A DNA stretch of 58,296 bases from Candidatus Eiseniibacteriota bacterium. GTDB lineage: Bacteria > Joyebacterota > Joyebacteria > Joyebacterales > Joyebacteraceae. The stretch covers positions 1 to 58,296 of the forward strand of contig JAUWLR010000001.1 in the NCBI GenBank assembly GCA_030613615.1, given 5' to 3'. Both the position numbers and the translations under genes were made by a program. Of this stretch, positions 8,504 through 17,799 are shown piece by piece; positions within the stretch are counted from its first letter, which is position 1, and every line of letters starts with the position of its first letter. The notes under the pieces are model-generated. The model was not told the origin of the DNA, ran no database searches, and saw only the letters and a list, made by a program, of their open reading frames with translations.

Positions 8504-10222
8504 ATGTCTCCGAGACGGAGAGTGATGTACGCGGCGGCCGTCGCTGCCGCTCTGGCGCTCGCGCTGACGGCGCAGGCCTGGGCCGTCGACCCCGCGCGAG
8601 CCTCGCAGCTTGAGGGTGGCACGCAGAAGCTCTGGGTTTTCTTCACCGACAAGGGACTCACGAGGACCGAGGAAGAGAGTGCGATAGACGCGTTCCGAGC
8701 GGAGCTGCCGGAGCGTGCGCTCAGGCGTCGCGCGAAGGTTGGCTTCGATGTCAACATCAACGACCTCCCGGTCGCCGCCCGCTATGTCGACGACGTAGCA
8801 GCGACGGGTGCTGCAGTCGTCACGAGGAGCCGGTGGCTGAACGCCGTCTCGGTCTACGCCGACGGTGAGCAGGCAGAGGCGATCGCCGCTCTGCCCTTCG
8901 TGCGTGAGACGCGTCCTGTTGGGCGCGGCACGAAACGCCTGCCCGAGATAGTTCCTGCTGACGGCCAGCGTTCGCCCCGGCCGGAGGGACGCGTCCCGGA
9001 CTATGGCGAATCCCAGGGCCAGCTCGAGCAGATACAGGTCGACCAGCTCCACGACGATGGCTTCGACGGGACGGGCGTTCTCATCGCGATGCTCGACACC
9101 GGGTTCGATACCGACCACCAGGTCTACCGCCACCTGAACATCGTCGCCGAGCGTGACTTCATCAACGACGACGGTGAAACCGCCGATCAGCCGGGAGATC
9201 CCGAGGGCCAGGACGGTCACGGCACCGCGACGCTGTCGTGCGTCGGCGGCAAGTACCCTGGCGAGCTCTACGGAGGCTCCTATGCTGCCGGCTTCGTCCT
9301 TTGCAAGACCGAGATCCTCGACGAGGAGATCCAGACGGAAGAGGACTACTGGCAAGAGGCCATAGAATGGGCGGATAGCCTGGGCGCCGACGTCGTCTCC
9401 AGCTCACTGGGCTATCTCGACTGGTACACTTACGAGGACATGGACGGCAACACCGCCGTCACGACCATCGCGGCGGACATGGCCGCGGCGCGGGGCATAG
9501 TCGTCGTCAACTCGATGGGCAACGAGGGCGACGACCCGTGGCTTTACATGATCGCGCCCGCCGACGGTGACAGCGTGCTGTCCATCGGCGCGGTCGACAT
9601 CGACGGAGACCGGGTAGAATTCAGCTCGATCGGGCCGACGTACGACGGGCGGACCAAGCCCGACGTGATGGCGCTCGGCTCCTTCGCTTACGTGGCGACC
9701 ACGGGCGACACCGCCAGTTATGGTTACGCCAGCGGTACCTCGTTCTCCTGTCCGCTGACAGCCGGTGCCGTGGGCCTGCTCGTGCAGGCGCGCCCCGGCT
9801 GGTCCCCCATGGACGTCATCGATGCACTTCGTACGACAGCGACGCAGAATTCGTCGCCGGACAATCTGATGGGGTGGGGGATCGTCCAGGCGCACAACGC
9901 GACGTACGGGGGTTGGGCCGGGGTCGAGAATGGGGTGGTTCCCTCGGCGCGTGTCATCTGGGCGACTCCCAACCCGACATCGCGCGGGACCCTGATCGAG
10001 TTCGTCCTGCCGGAGCGTGGGCGCGCTCTCGTCACCATATACGACGCCGGTGGGCGGCTCGTGCGGACGCTGACGGACCGTGTCATGCTCGGTGGGCGGC
10101 ACGCGGCCGAGTGGGACGGCCGGGATGAATCGTCGCACCCCGTCGCGAGCGGCGTCTACTTCGCCAGACTTCGCGCGGCCGGCGGAGTTCGCTCAAGCAC
10201 GAAGGTGGCGGTTGTGAGGTAA
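8504..10222 (+). CDS. Subtilisin-family (S8) serine protease with propeptide and FlgD-Ig/T9SS-type C-terminal sorting domain
   Basis: Signal peptide. Catalytic D/H/S motifs 'IAMLDTGFD','GHGTATLS','SGTSFSCPLTAGA'. Tail 'LVTIYDAGGRLVRTL...AEWDGRDESSHPVASGVYFARL...KVAVVR'. Confidence 0.9.
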   Translation: MSPRRRVMYAAAVAAALALALTAQAWAVDPARASQLEGGTQKLWVFFTDKGLTRTEEESAIDAFRAELPERALRRRAKVGFDVNINDLPVAARYVDDVAATGAAVVTRSRWLNAVSVYADGEQAEAIAALPFVRETRPVGRGTKRLPEIVPADGQRSPRPEGRVPDYGESQGQLEQIQVDQLHDDGFDGTGVLIAMLDTGFDTDHQVYRHLNIVAERDFINDDGETADQPGDPEGQDGHGTATLSCVGGKYPGELYGGSYAAGFVLCKTEILDEEIQTEEDYWQEAIEWADSLGADVVSSSLGYLDWYTYEDMDGNTAVTTIAADMAAARGIVVVNSMGNEGDDPWLYMIAPADGDSVLSIGAVDIDGDRVEFSSIGPTYDGRTKPDVMALGSFAYVATTGDTASYGYASGTSFSCPLTAGAVGLLVQARPGWSPMDVIDALRTTATQNSSPDNLMGWGIVQAHNATYGGWAGVENGVVPSARVIWATPNPTSRGTLIEFVLPERGRALVTIYDAGGRLVRTLTDRVMLGGRHAAEWDGRDESSHPVASGVYFARLRAAGGVRSSTKVAVVR

Positions 10223-10269
10223 GTTCGGCGGATCTGGCGCACCCAGATGGTACTGGGACATTGTCTACG

Positions 10270-10301
10270 TGGCGGTGGTCGTTCAGGAACGGCCACCGCC
10301 A
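10270..10301 (+). terminator. Strong hairpin after the protease gene
   Basis: tggcggtggtcg / cggccaccgcca forms a 12-bp stem (one G-U pair) with an 8-nt loop. No clear U-tract. Confidence 0.5.
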
Positions 10302-10309
10302 TCGCGCTA

Positions 10310-10339
10310 TTGACATTCCTCTGTCTCCCCGACAAGATT
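10310..10339 (+). promoter_or_regulatory. Putative promoter of the polysaccharide operon
   Basis: TTGACA (10310-10315) - 18 nt - AAGATT. Confidence 0.4.
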
Positions 10340-10442
10340 CCCTGTAGGCGCACGCCGCAGCACGGATACTGATACCAACGCCGGCGTGGTCTGCCCGGCG
10401 TGTTCCCTCTCGAAGTGTCGTCCCCCGGGCTCCCGTGTGCGC

Positions 10443-11795
10443 ATGGAGGTGCGGTTCTTGAAGGAAGGTACGAAGGACACCGCGATCGCGCTTGGTAGCC
10501 GTCTGGGAGTGCTCGCCTTCGGTATCGGGATACAGAGCGCACTCGCGTGGCTGCTGGGCACCGACGGACGAGGGTCCTACGCGGTCTGTCTCATCTTCGC
10601 GACGATACTAGGGATCATCTTCACGTTCGGCACCGACCGCGCGGGGCAGTATTTCGTGGCGTCCGGGCGAATGGGTCGCTCGGAGGGCGTCACGTCCTCT
10701 CTGGTGCTGTTGGTCTTTGGGGCGGCGCTCGCCGTACTCGTCGGACGAGCGCTAATGATCTTCGACTTCGCGTTCTTCCAGAAGGCGGAACGCTCTTCAT
10801 TCCTGATCGCCCTCGGCATCATCCCCTTCGTCGGGTTGACCAACGCCTTCGCCCTCTTCTTCGTCGGCCTGCGGCGTTTCAAATGGATGGCAGTGGTCCA
10901 GGTGGTCAACGTCGCCGTGCACTTCGCCGCCACTCTGGTGCTCGTGATCGGGCTGCGATTGGGCGTGGACGGTGCGCTTCTCTCGATCATCATTGCGGGG
11001 TTTGTGACCACGGTCGTGTCGCTGTGGCTGCTTCGCAAGGAAGGAGCCCTCGAGAGTTGTCGAAGAACAGCGGAGGGATACGGCGGGCTCCTGTCGTACG
11101 GCCTGCGCTTCTTCGTGGCCAAGCTGAGCAACGTCTTCCACTTCAGGATCGGTACGATGATCCTGGCGTTCTTCATCGAGCCGTCGGGCATTGGACTCTT
11201 CGCGGCGGCATCGGCGCTCGTGATGCGGGTCACGATCGTCCCCAAGGCCGTCGAGACGGCGCTCTTCTCCCGCGTGGCGGGCCACCGGGATGGGCGACCT
11301 GAGCTGGTCGCTCAGGCGGGACGCGCAAGCGCGGTCGTGGCCGGCGTCGCGCTGGGGATCCTGGCGGCCGTGGCCGTCCCGCTCGTGCGCGTGCTCCTCT
11401 CAGATGAGTTCCTCCCGGCGGTTCCGCTCATCTGGATAATCATGCCAGGCGTCTTTCTTCGGGCTTCCACCTTGGCCTACTCGGCGTACTTCATGGGAAC
11501 CGACCGTCCCGCCGTCTGCTCGGTGGCCGTAGGCGTCGGCACGCTCGTCAATGTCGGCGTGCTGCTCTGGCTGCTGCCGGTTATCGGCCTCAAGGGGGCC
11601 GCGTGGGCCATGACGGCAGGGTACCTTGTGAGCGCGGTCATCCTGGTGGCCTCGTTCCGGCGGGCCACCGGGCAGCCGATTCGCGAGACGTGGGCGCTGC
11701 GGCGCGAGGACTTCGCACTCCTTCGCGACGTGCCCCGCTACCTCAGACGGGCGGGCCGCAAGGGCGGCGCCGTCGAGGGTCCGGAGGCGATGTGA
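10443..11795 (+). CDS. Polysaccharide biosynthesis flippase (Wzx / MOP superfamily)
   Basis: About 12 predicted hydrophobic helices. N-terminus 'KEGTKDTAIALGSRLGVLAFGIGIQSALAWLLGTDGRGSY' is typical of the family. Alternative starts are GTG 10386 and TTG 10458, the latter 8 nt after GGAGG. Confidence 0.8.
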   Translation: MEVRFLKEGTKDTAIALGSRLGVLAFGIGIQSALAWLLGTDGRGSYAVCLIFATILGIIFTFGTDRAGQYFVASGRMGRSEGVTSSLVLLVFGAALAVLVGRALMIFDFAFFQKAERSSFLIALGIIPFVGLTNAFALFFVGLRRFKWMAVVQVVNVAVHFAATLVLVIGLRLGVDGALLSIIIAGFVTTVVSLWLLRKEGALESCRRTAEGYGGLLSYGLRFFVAKLSNVFHFRIGTMILAFFIEPSGIGLFAAASALVMRVTIVPKAVETALFSRVAGHRDGRPELVAQAGRASAVVAGVALGILAAVAVPLVRVLLSDEFLPAVPLIWIIMPGVFLRASTLAYSAYFMGTDRPAVCSVAVGVGTLVNVGVLLWLLPVIGLKGAAWAMTAGYLVSAVILVASFRRATGQPIRETWALRREDFALLRDVPRYLRRAGRKGGAVEGPEAM

Positions 11796-13462
11796 TGGGT
11801 CAGCCAAACGACATCGAGCGGCCCGGCAGCAAGGTGCTCGTTATCGGTCTCGACGGAGGCACGTGGTCCGTGTTCGACCGCTTCATCGAACTCGGGTGCA
11901 TGCCGTTTCTGAAACGGCTCTGCGGTGAGGGGTACCGGGCAGACCTCGCATCGACCGTTCCACCCTTGACCCCGGTGGCCTGGTCCAGCTTCGCCACCGG
12001 CATGAATCCCGGGAAGCATGGGGTCTTCGGGTTCCTTGCGCCACAGAGTGAGCCTGGCAGCTATTTCCCACCACCCGCGCGCCGTGAGTGCATCCTTGCG
12101 CCCTCGCTCTGGCGGCGGCTGTCGGAGGTGGGTGTCCGCACGACCGTCCTCTCGGTGCCACTGACATACCCCCCCGAGCCTGTCAACGGCTTCATGGTGT
12201 CGGGTATGTTCACTCCGGATGCGGCTTCGGATTCCACGTTTCCGGCATCTCTTGCGGGGGAGCTCAGGTCGCAGGGCGCCATGCCCAGGTTCAGGCTCGA
12301 GTACACATCGAAGGCGGCTGCGCAGCGACGACGCGTGGGTTTCGGGGAAGCTCTGCGTCACGCGCCAGAGGAGTACTTCACCGATGTTCGAGACATGACG
12401 GAACGTCTCAGGCGCGCGGTGCTGACTCTAATGGAGAAGCCGTGGGACTTCCTCTCGCTCGTGTTCGTCGCGACCGACCGTGTTCAGCACGTGCTCTGGC
12501 ATGAGGTGATGTTCTCGGACCCGGAGTCGGAGCTGGGCAGGCACGTCGCCGAACTGTATTCCCTCGTGGACAGCGCTATCGAGGAGCTGGTTCACGCCGC
12601 TGGGCGGGACACAGTCACAATCTTGATGTCCGATCACGGGTTCGGCCCCTGCGGGGGCAGCTTCTCGATGATGCGGTGGCTGACGGACGCGGGCTTCGCC
12701 CACCACCGGCCCCGCCGCCTCTACGGCGCAGCGAAGAGAGCTGTGACCTCGCTGGGCCTTGCGGACCTCGCGGATCGCGCCATGAACAGGAGACACCTGG
12801 GCGCTGCCGTCAGACGGAGCTTCATCCCGCTCGACTGGACCCGGACCAGGGCATATTTCCAGCCGGGGACCTATGGAATCCGCGTGAATCTGAGAGGACG
12901 CGAGACGAACGGGATTGTCGAGCCGGGGAACGAGTACGAGCAGCTCCGCTCCGAGCTAATCGAGCGGGTGCTGAGCATCAAGGTCCCTCGGACCGGTGCC
13001 CCTGTCGTCACCGAAGCCTGGCGCGTCGAGGACGTATACGAGGGCGGGCACATCGGCTGGGCGCCCGACCTGCTCCTGCAGCCGAATCCGGACCTGGGGT
13101 ATCATCTTGTCCCCGGGGATCTGTCCGACCGCGCCCTGGTTCACCAGGATGCGAGGATGCGCGGGAGCCACCGGCCGAACGGGATCCTGCTGGTGGCCGG
13201 CCGCGGCGTGCGGCCGAATCCGACTGCCAAGCCACGACGCATCATCGACATCGCTCCGACCGTCCTTTGGCTTCTGTCCCAGCCCGTTCCACTTGAGCTT
13301 GACGGACAAGTTATCAGGGACGCCTTCGTCGGTGAGCCCGCTCAGCGCGAGTTCGCTCCACCCGAGTTCCTTCGGGACGCGTCCGATGAGACGGGGAAGT
13401 ACTCCGCGCAGGATGAGGAGCAGATAGTCGAACGGCTCCGCGGTCTTGGGTACGTGGACTGA
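11795..13462 (+). CDS. Alkaline-phosphatase-superfamily enzyme (type I phosphodiesterase / nucleotide pyrophosphatase family)
   Basis: 'KVLVIGLDGGTW', 'VPPLTPVAWSSFATGMNPGKHGVFGF', 'ILMSDHGFG', 'GSHRPNGILL'. The ATG overlaps the flippase TGA (gTGATGg). Confidence 0.8.
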   Translation: MGQPNDIERPGSKVLVIGLDGGTWSVFDRFIELGCMPFLKRLCGEGYRADLASTVPPLTPVAWSSFATGMNPGKHGVFGFLAPQSEPGSYFPPPARRECILAPSLWRRLSEVGVRTTVLSVPLTYPPEPVNGFMVSGMFTPDAASDSTFPASLAGELRSQGAMPRFRLEYTSKAAAQRRRVGFGEALRHAPEEYFTDVRDMTERLRRAVLTLMEKPWDFLSLVFVATDRVQHVLWHEVMFSDPESELGRHVAELYSLVDSAIEELVHAAGRDTVTILMSDHGFGPCGGSFSMMRWLTDAGFAHHRPRRLYGAAKRAVTSLGLADLADRAMNRRHLGAAVRRSFIPLDWTRTRAYFQPGTYGIRVNLRGRETNGIVEPGNEYEQLRSELIERVLSIKVPRTGAPVVTEAWRVEDVYEGGHIGWAPDLLLQPNPDLGYHLVPGDLSDRALVHQDARMRGSHRPNGILLVAGRGVRPNPTAKPRRIIDIAPTVLWLLSQPVPLELDGQVIRDAFVGEPAQREFAPPEFLRDASDETGKYSAQDEEQIVERLRGLGYVD

Positions 13463-13615
13463 CGGATGTCAGTACACGCGATTGCCCGTAACGCCAGCCT
13501 TCAAATCGATCGGAGGTGGCGGCTGCGAGCGGAATGGCATGTCGCCCCAACTTTCTCTTCCTGCTGGGTGGGTCACGATGTACCCATGCGTTGCCTCCTG
13601 CCGCGGAGTACCCTA

Positions 13616-13644
13616 TTGACACCGATTCTCGACTCAGCCAGAAT
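13616..13644 (+). promoter_or_regulatory. Possible internal promoter ahead of the export gene
   Basis: TTGACA - 17 nt - CAGAAT inside a 339-nt spacer. The -10 is weak. Confidence 0.3.
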
Positions 13645-13801
13645 CTACTCTGTGCATGCTGATGTATTCCCTTTGCTTCCTCGCTCACGGGGTGCCCGCC
13701 TGCATCCTGGCAGTGCCGCTACCGCCGCACGGCCCATGTGTAGGTGGTGGCGGCGGCCTGACGTGTCGGCGCCGGTACTGGGAGCGGTGAAGGAGTTCAA
13801 G

Positions 13802-16585
13802 ATGAAACGTCCCCGCAGAGAGTTCTGGGTCCGTCTCTTGGTGGTCGCCACCATCGGTGCTCTCTTCCTTCCGGCCACGGCCCAGCAGATCGATGAGGAG
13901 CTTCTCGACCTGCTGAAGACGCTCCCGGATGACGAGAGGGCGGAACTCCTGCGGGCATACGGGCTGCCGCCTGGCGGAGTGGACGCCGCTCCTGACAGGG
14001 ATGTAAGCACCCCCCAGGTCGTACTTCCAAGAGAACAGCTTCCGAGCGAAACTGAGGCCGCGGTTGCGGGAGAGCGCGTTCTGGAGAGCGACGAGGGGCC
14101 GGTTGCGCCTCCCCTCGAACGTCTGACGGGAGAGGCGCTCGAGATCCAGAGGGCGTTCGAGAACTTTCTGGCCGAGTCTCAGCCTCTCGAGGTTGACAGG
14201 CAGCTCGTGCAGTTCGGATACGAGCTCTTCGCGGGCGCTCCCACCACCTTCGCTCCGGCCACTGATATTCCCGTCAGCTCCGACTACATCATAGGTCCCG
14301 GCGACGAGATCCACATCCAGCTCTATGGCAAGACGGATTTCTCGAGGGACCTCATTGTCGACCGCGACGGGCAGGTGTCGTTCCCTGAGCTCGGGCCGAT
14401 CAGCGTCGCGGGTCTCACATTCCGTGAGATGAAGAACCTCCTGGCACGGGAGGTCGAGAACCGGATGATCGGTGTCGACGTCAGCGTGTCGATGGGACGG
14501 CTGCGCTCCATCAGGATCTTCGTCCTGGGAGATGTCTTCCGTCCGGGAAGCTATACCGTGAGCGGTCTGTCAACGCTCACGAACGCTCTGTTCGTCAGCG
14601 GTGGGGTCCGGAAGATCGGGAGTCTGCGACGGGTGCAGCTCAAGCGCAGCGGGACGGTGGTCACGGAGATGGACCTGTACGATCTGCTGATCCAGGGCGA
14701 CACGTCCGATGACGCAAGGCTGATGCCCGGTGACGTCATCTTCATTCCCACCGTCGGTCCTCTGGCCGCCGTCGCAGGCGAGGTGCTCAGGCCCGCCATC
14801 TATGAGATGAACGGACCAATGACCGTTCGTGAACTCATCGATCTTGCCGGAGGGCTCAGGTCCACCGCGTTCACCGACCTGATCCAGCTCGAGAGGATTG
14901 AGGACGCTCGGCATGTCACCTATGACTTCACCCTGGACCAAGCCAGGGAGTGGAAGCTCGAGAGGGGCGACCTCGTCAAGGTGTATCCCATCCGGACCGG
15001 CGACGAGCTCGCGGTCTTCCTGGGGGGCAATGTCGTCAGACCGGGGGCGCGGCAGTACTTCAAGGGCATGCGGTTGCTGGACCTGGTGCCCTCGCCGAAG
15101 GACCTTCTCCCGGAGACATTCTTCAGCTACGGCCTGATCGAGCGAGAGAACGACATCAACCGTGAATCAGAGTATCTGACGTTCGATCTCAGAGCAGCGC
15201 TCCTCGACAGTGTGCCGGAGGCCAACATCGGCCTCGCTCCGCGGGATCGCGTCTACGTGTTCCACCGCGCGCACTTCCGGGACATCCCCAGGGTGAGGGT
15301 GCGCGGCGAGGTGAGATCGCCTGGGTTGTACGAGTTCAAGAAGGACATGCGCATCCTCGATCTCGTGCTCGCGGCAGGCGGACTCACGCCCGACGCGTGG
15401 CTCGGTGAGGCCGAGCTCTTCCGAACAGAACCGCGCACGATGCAGGTCGACAGGATCTCCGCCAATCTGGAGCGGGTCATCGCGAACGACCCCTCGGAGA
15501 ACATCGTTCTCTGGGACATGGACGAACTCGCGGTCCACTCGGTCTGGGAGTTCAGGGAAGAGGACACCGTTGAGGTCCTGGGCGAGGTCAACACTCCAGG
15601 GACCTATCCGCTGTCCAGGGGAATGCGGATAGGTGATCTCATCTTCGTCGGCGGCAACCTGAGGGAGACCGCCTACAGGCAGGAAGCTGAGCTCACCAGG
15701 TATGAAGTCGTCGATGGAGAGCGACGCGAGCTTCATCACGTCGTCATCGACCTGCAGGCGGTTCTGGCAGGCGTAGGCGAGGCCGACCTCGAGCTGGTAC
15801 CCTACGACAGGCTTCTCATCAGACGGATCAAGAACTGGCGTCGCGACGAAGTGGTTCAGGTCTCCGGTGAGGTGGCGTTTCCCGGCAGCTACCCGATCGA
15901 AGAGGGCGAGCAGCTCAGTGAGCTGATCGAGCGATTCGGGGGCTTCCTGGAGGATGCGTACCTGCCCGCGGCCGTGTTCCAGCGCCGCGAGATAAGAGCG
16001 CTCCAGGCTGAGCAGCTCGAGAAGATGTCGGACCAGCTGGATGCCGACCTCGCGCGCCTGTCGGTGCCCGACCCGCGGCGCATGAGCGCCACTGAGGTGT
16101 CCCGCCGCCAGGCCGCCCTGGAGTCGGGCGCGCAGCTGTCCGAGGAGCTCCGGAACACGGTGGCCACCGGTCGCATGGTGATCCGTCTCGGGCGTGCCGA
16201 CGAGATCAGGGGGACCGATCAGGACCTCGTGTTGACTGACGGCGATGTGCTTCGCGTGCCGAAGAAGCCCGACTTCGTCATGGTGATGGGCCAGGTGAAC
16301 AACCAGACGGCCTTCCAGTTCGAGAGAAAGAAGAACGCGCGCCATTTCATTGGGCTCGCCGGTGGAATAACGACGTTCGGAGATCGGGGTAAGGCCTACG
16401 TGATCAAGTCCGATGGGTCCGTCAAGATGGGCACGCGGACTAGGGTCGATCCCGGTGATGTCATCGTGGTACCGGAGAATCTCGAGCGCTTCGATGGCAT
16501 GCAGTTCCTCCTGGACCTGAGCCAGGTCCTCTACCAGCTGGGATTGGCGGCGGCGAGTGCCTACACGATCGGGCTCTTCCAGTAG
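13802..16585 (+). CDS. Large polysaccharide export protein (Wza/KpsD family: Poly_export domain + multiple SLBB repeats)
   Basis: GAAGGAG 6 nt before the ATG. Signal peptide 'LLVVATIGALFLPATAQQ'. Poly_export domain 'IIGPGDEIHIQLYGKTDFSRDLIVDRDGQVSFPELGPISVAGLTFREMKNLL'. Recurrent SLBB-like 'V.V.GEV..PG.Y......R..DLI..AGG' units. Confidence 0.85.
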   Translation: MKRPRREFWVRLLVVATIGALFLPATAQQIDEELLDLLKTLPDDERAELLRAYGLPPGGVDAAPDRDVSTPQVVLPREQLPSETEAAVAGERVLESDEGPVAPPLERLTGEALEIQRAFENFLAESQPLEVDRQLVQFGYELFAGAPTTFAPATDIPVSSDYIIGPGDEIHIQLYGKTDFSRDLIVDRDGQVSFPELGPISVAGLTFREMKNLLAREVENRMIGVDVSVSMGRLRSIRIFVLGDVFRPGSYTVSGLSTLTNALFVSGGVRKIGSLRRVQLKRSGTVVTEMDLYDLLIQGDTSDDARLMPGDVIFIPTVGPLAAVAGEVLRPAIYEMNGPMTVRELIDLAGGLRSTAFTDLIQLERIEDARHVTYDFTLDQAREWKLERGDLVKVYPIRTGDELAVFLGGNVVRPGARQYFKGMRLLDLVPSPKDLLPETFFSYGLIERENDINRESEYLTFDLRAALLDSVPEANIGLAPRDRVYVFHRAHFRDIPRVRVRGEVRSPGLYEFKKDMRILDLVLAAGGLTPDAWLGEAELFRTEPRTMQVDRISANLERVIANDPSENIVLWDMDELAVHSVWEFREEDTVEVLGEVNTPGTYPLSRGMRIGDLIFVGGNLRETAYRQEAELTRYEVVDGERRELHHVVIDLQAVLAGVGEADLELVPYDRLLIRRIKNWRRDEVVQVSGEVAFPGSYPIEEGEQLSELIERFGGFLEDAYLPAAVFQRREIRALQAEQLEKMSDQLDADLARLSVPDPRRMSATEVSRRQAALESGAQLSEELRNTVATGRMVIRLGRADEIRGTDQDLVLTDGDVLRVPKKPDFVMVMGQVNNQTAFQFERKKNARHFIGLAGGITTFGDRGKAYVIKSDGSVKMGTRTRVDPGDVIVVPENLERFDGMQFLLDLSQVLYQLGLAAASAYTIGLFQ

Positions 16586-16647
16586 CACGGAGGCAGCGAC
16601 ACCACGGCTGTGGACTCCACGACCACGACACACGAGGTGAGCAGCAA

Positions 16648-17481
16648 GTGAGCGGATTCTGGGCGCATCTATGGGAGCGACGAGCCAGGCTGATCGGCAT
16701 ATGGCTTGTTGTCATGGTTCTGGTGCTCATTCGTCTGCTCGTTATGCACGCGGTCTTCACGAGCAGATCCGTGCTGATGCCCCTTCCGCTGCAGCAGGTC
16801 GAGCAGGGGTCCGGGGGCGGACTCGGGGGCGCATCGGTTCGCAGCCTCCTGGCCGGCGGAGGCAGCACGGACGCCTACGCGGCGGCAGCCTTCCTGGAAT
16901 CCGGACAACTGATGAACGCAGTGATCAAGGATCTCGACCTCGCCAAGGAACTCTTTCCCAAGTCGTGGGATTCGAAAGCGAAGAAGTGGCGGGACAAGGC
17001 GCCGCACCCCGGGAAGTCACGCAGGGCTTTCGACCGGCGAGTCGATGTGTCCTACGACGGCTACACCGGACTCATTGAGCTTCAGGTTCACTGGTGGTCA
17101 CCGGAGCGCGCACGAGAGATCACTGCGGCGATGATCGAGATCGGCGACAGGATGCTCCGCGACGCGGCGATCGCGGAAGGCGAACGGAGGGTGGAAGAGC
17201 TAGAGCGAGAGATGCACAACATGAGGGTGAGCGAGATCGGTAGTTTCCTCGCGGAGGAGATGACGCAGGCGATCTCGTCGCTGGCATCCATACGTGCGAG
17301 ATCAGGCTACGCGTTTCGTGTGATAGATCCGCCTCTTGCCCCGGACAAGAAGTCGTGGCCACCGAGGCTCATCCTGCTGATTCTCATGGGTATGGCAACG
17401 GCCGGCGTCGAGATCGGAGCGGTTGCCGGGGTCTACGCCAGAAGGTCGCGACAGGAAGACACCTCGGCATCTTCCACATGA
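16648..17481 (+). CDS. Wzz/PCP-like chain-length determinant (no kinase domain)
   Basis: N-terminal TM 'LIGIWLVVMVLVLIRLLV', a periplasmic helical region, and C-terminal TM 'PRLILLILMGMATAGVEIGAVAGVY' give the bitopic PCP topology. Confidence 0.6.
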   Translation: MSGFWAHLWERRARLIGIWLVVMVLVLIRLLVMHAVFTSRSVLMPLPLQQVEQGSGGGLGGASVRSLLAGGGSTDAYAAAAFLESGQLMNAVIKDLDLAKELFPKSWDSKAKKWRDKAPHPGKSRRAFDRRVDVSYDGYTGLIELQVHWWSPERAREITAAMIEIGDRMLRDAAIAEGERRVEELEREMHNMRVSEIGSFLAEEMTQAISSLASIRARSGYAFRVIDPPLAPDKKSWPPRLILLILMGMATAGVEIGAVAGVYARRSRQEDTSASST

Positions 17482-17799
17482 TAGAACTCTTCGACCATAC
17501 AGGGCTGTCCGCATCGTGAGGGCGAGTGCGGACATAGGCTCCGGTGCAAGGGACACGGCCATCACCTTCTTCACTCGGCTGTCGGTGATGGCCGCCTCGC
17601 TTGGTATTCAGGGCGCGCCGCGACACGGAGAGGGTTCCGGGAGACATGACTGCCCAGACGGGCTGACATCGCGCTTCTCAAGGACCTCGCGCGGAGCAGG
17701 AAGTGGACAAGGCAGGCCGCCTGAGGAGCTGCGCGTTGGTGATTCGAGGGCATGGAGGCGCGGAGGAGCACCATCTTGTCAGGCTACCTTGGTCAGTCC

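Noticed and set aside
15167-16633. 488-aa antisense ORF opposite the export gene. Similar long shadows: 19993-21561, 22749-23786, 25120-26154, 28859-30607, 31688-32926, 33135-35792, 43739-44809, 45522-46514, 50322-52364, 54729-56890
   Set aside because: All overlap + strand genes with strong family motifs. Their translations are R/G/P/E-rich without recognisable domains. They are GC-shadow ORFs.
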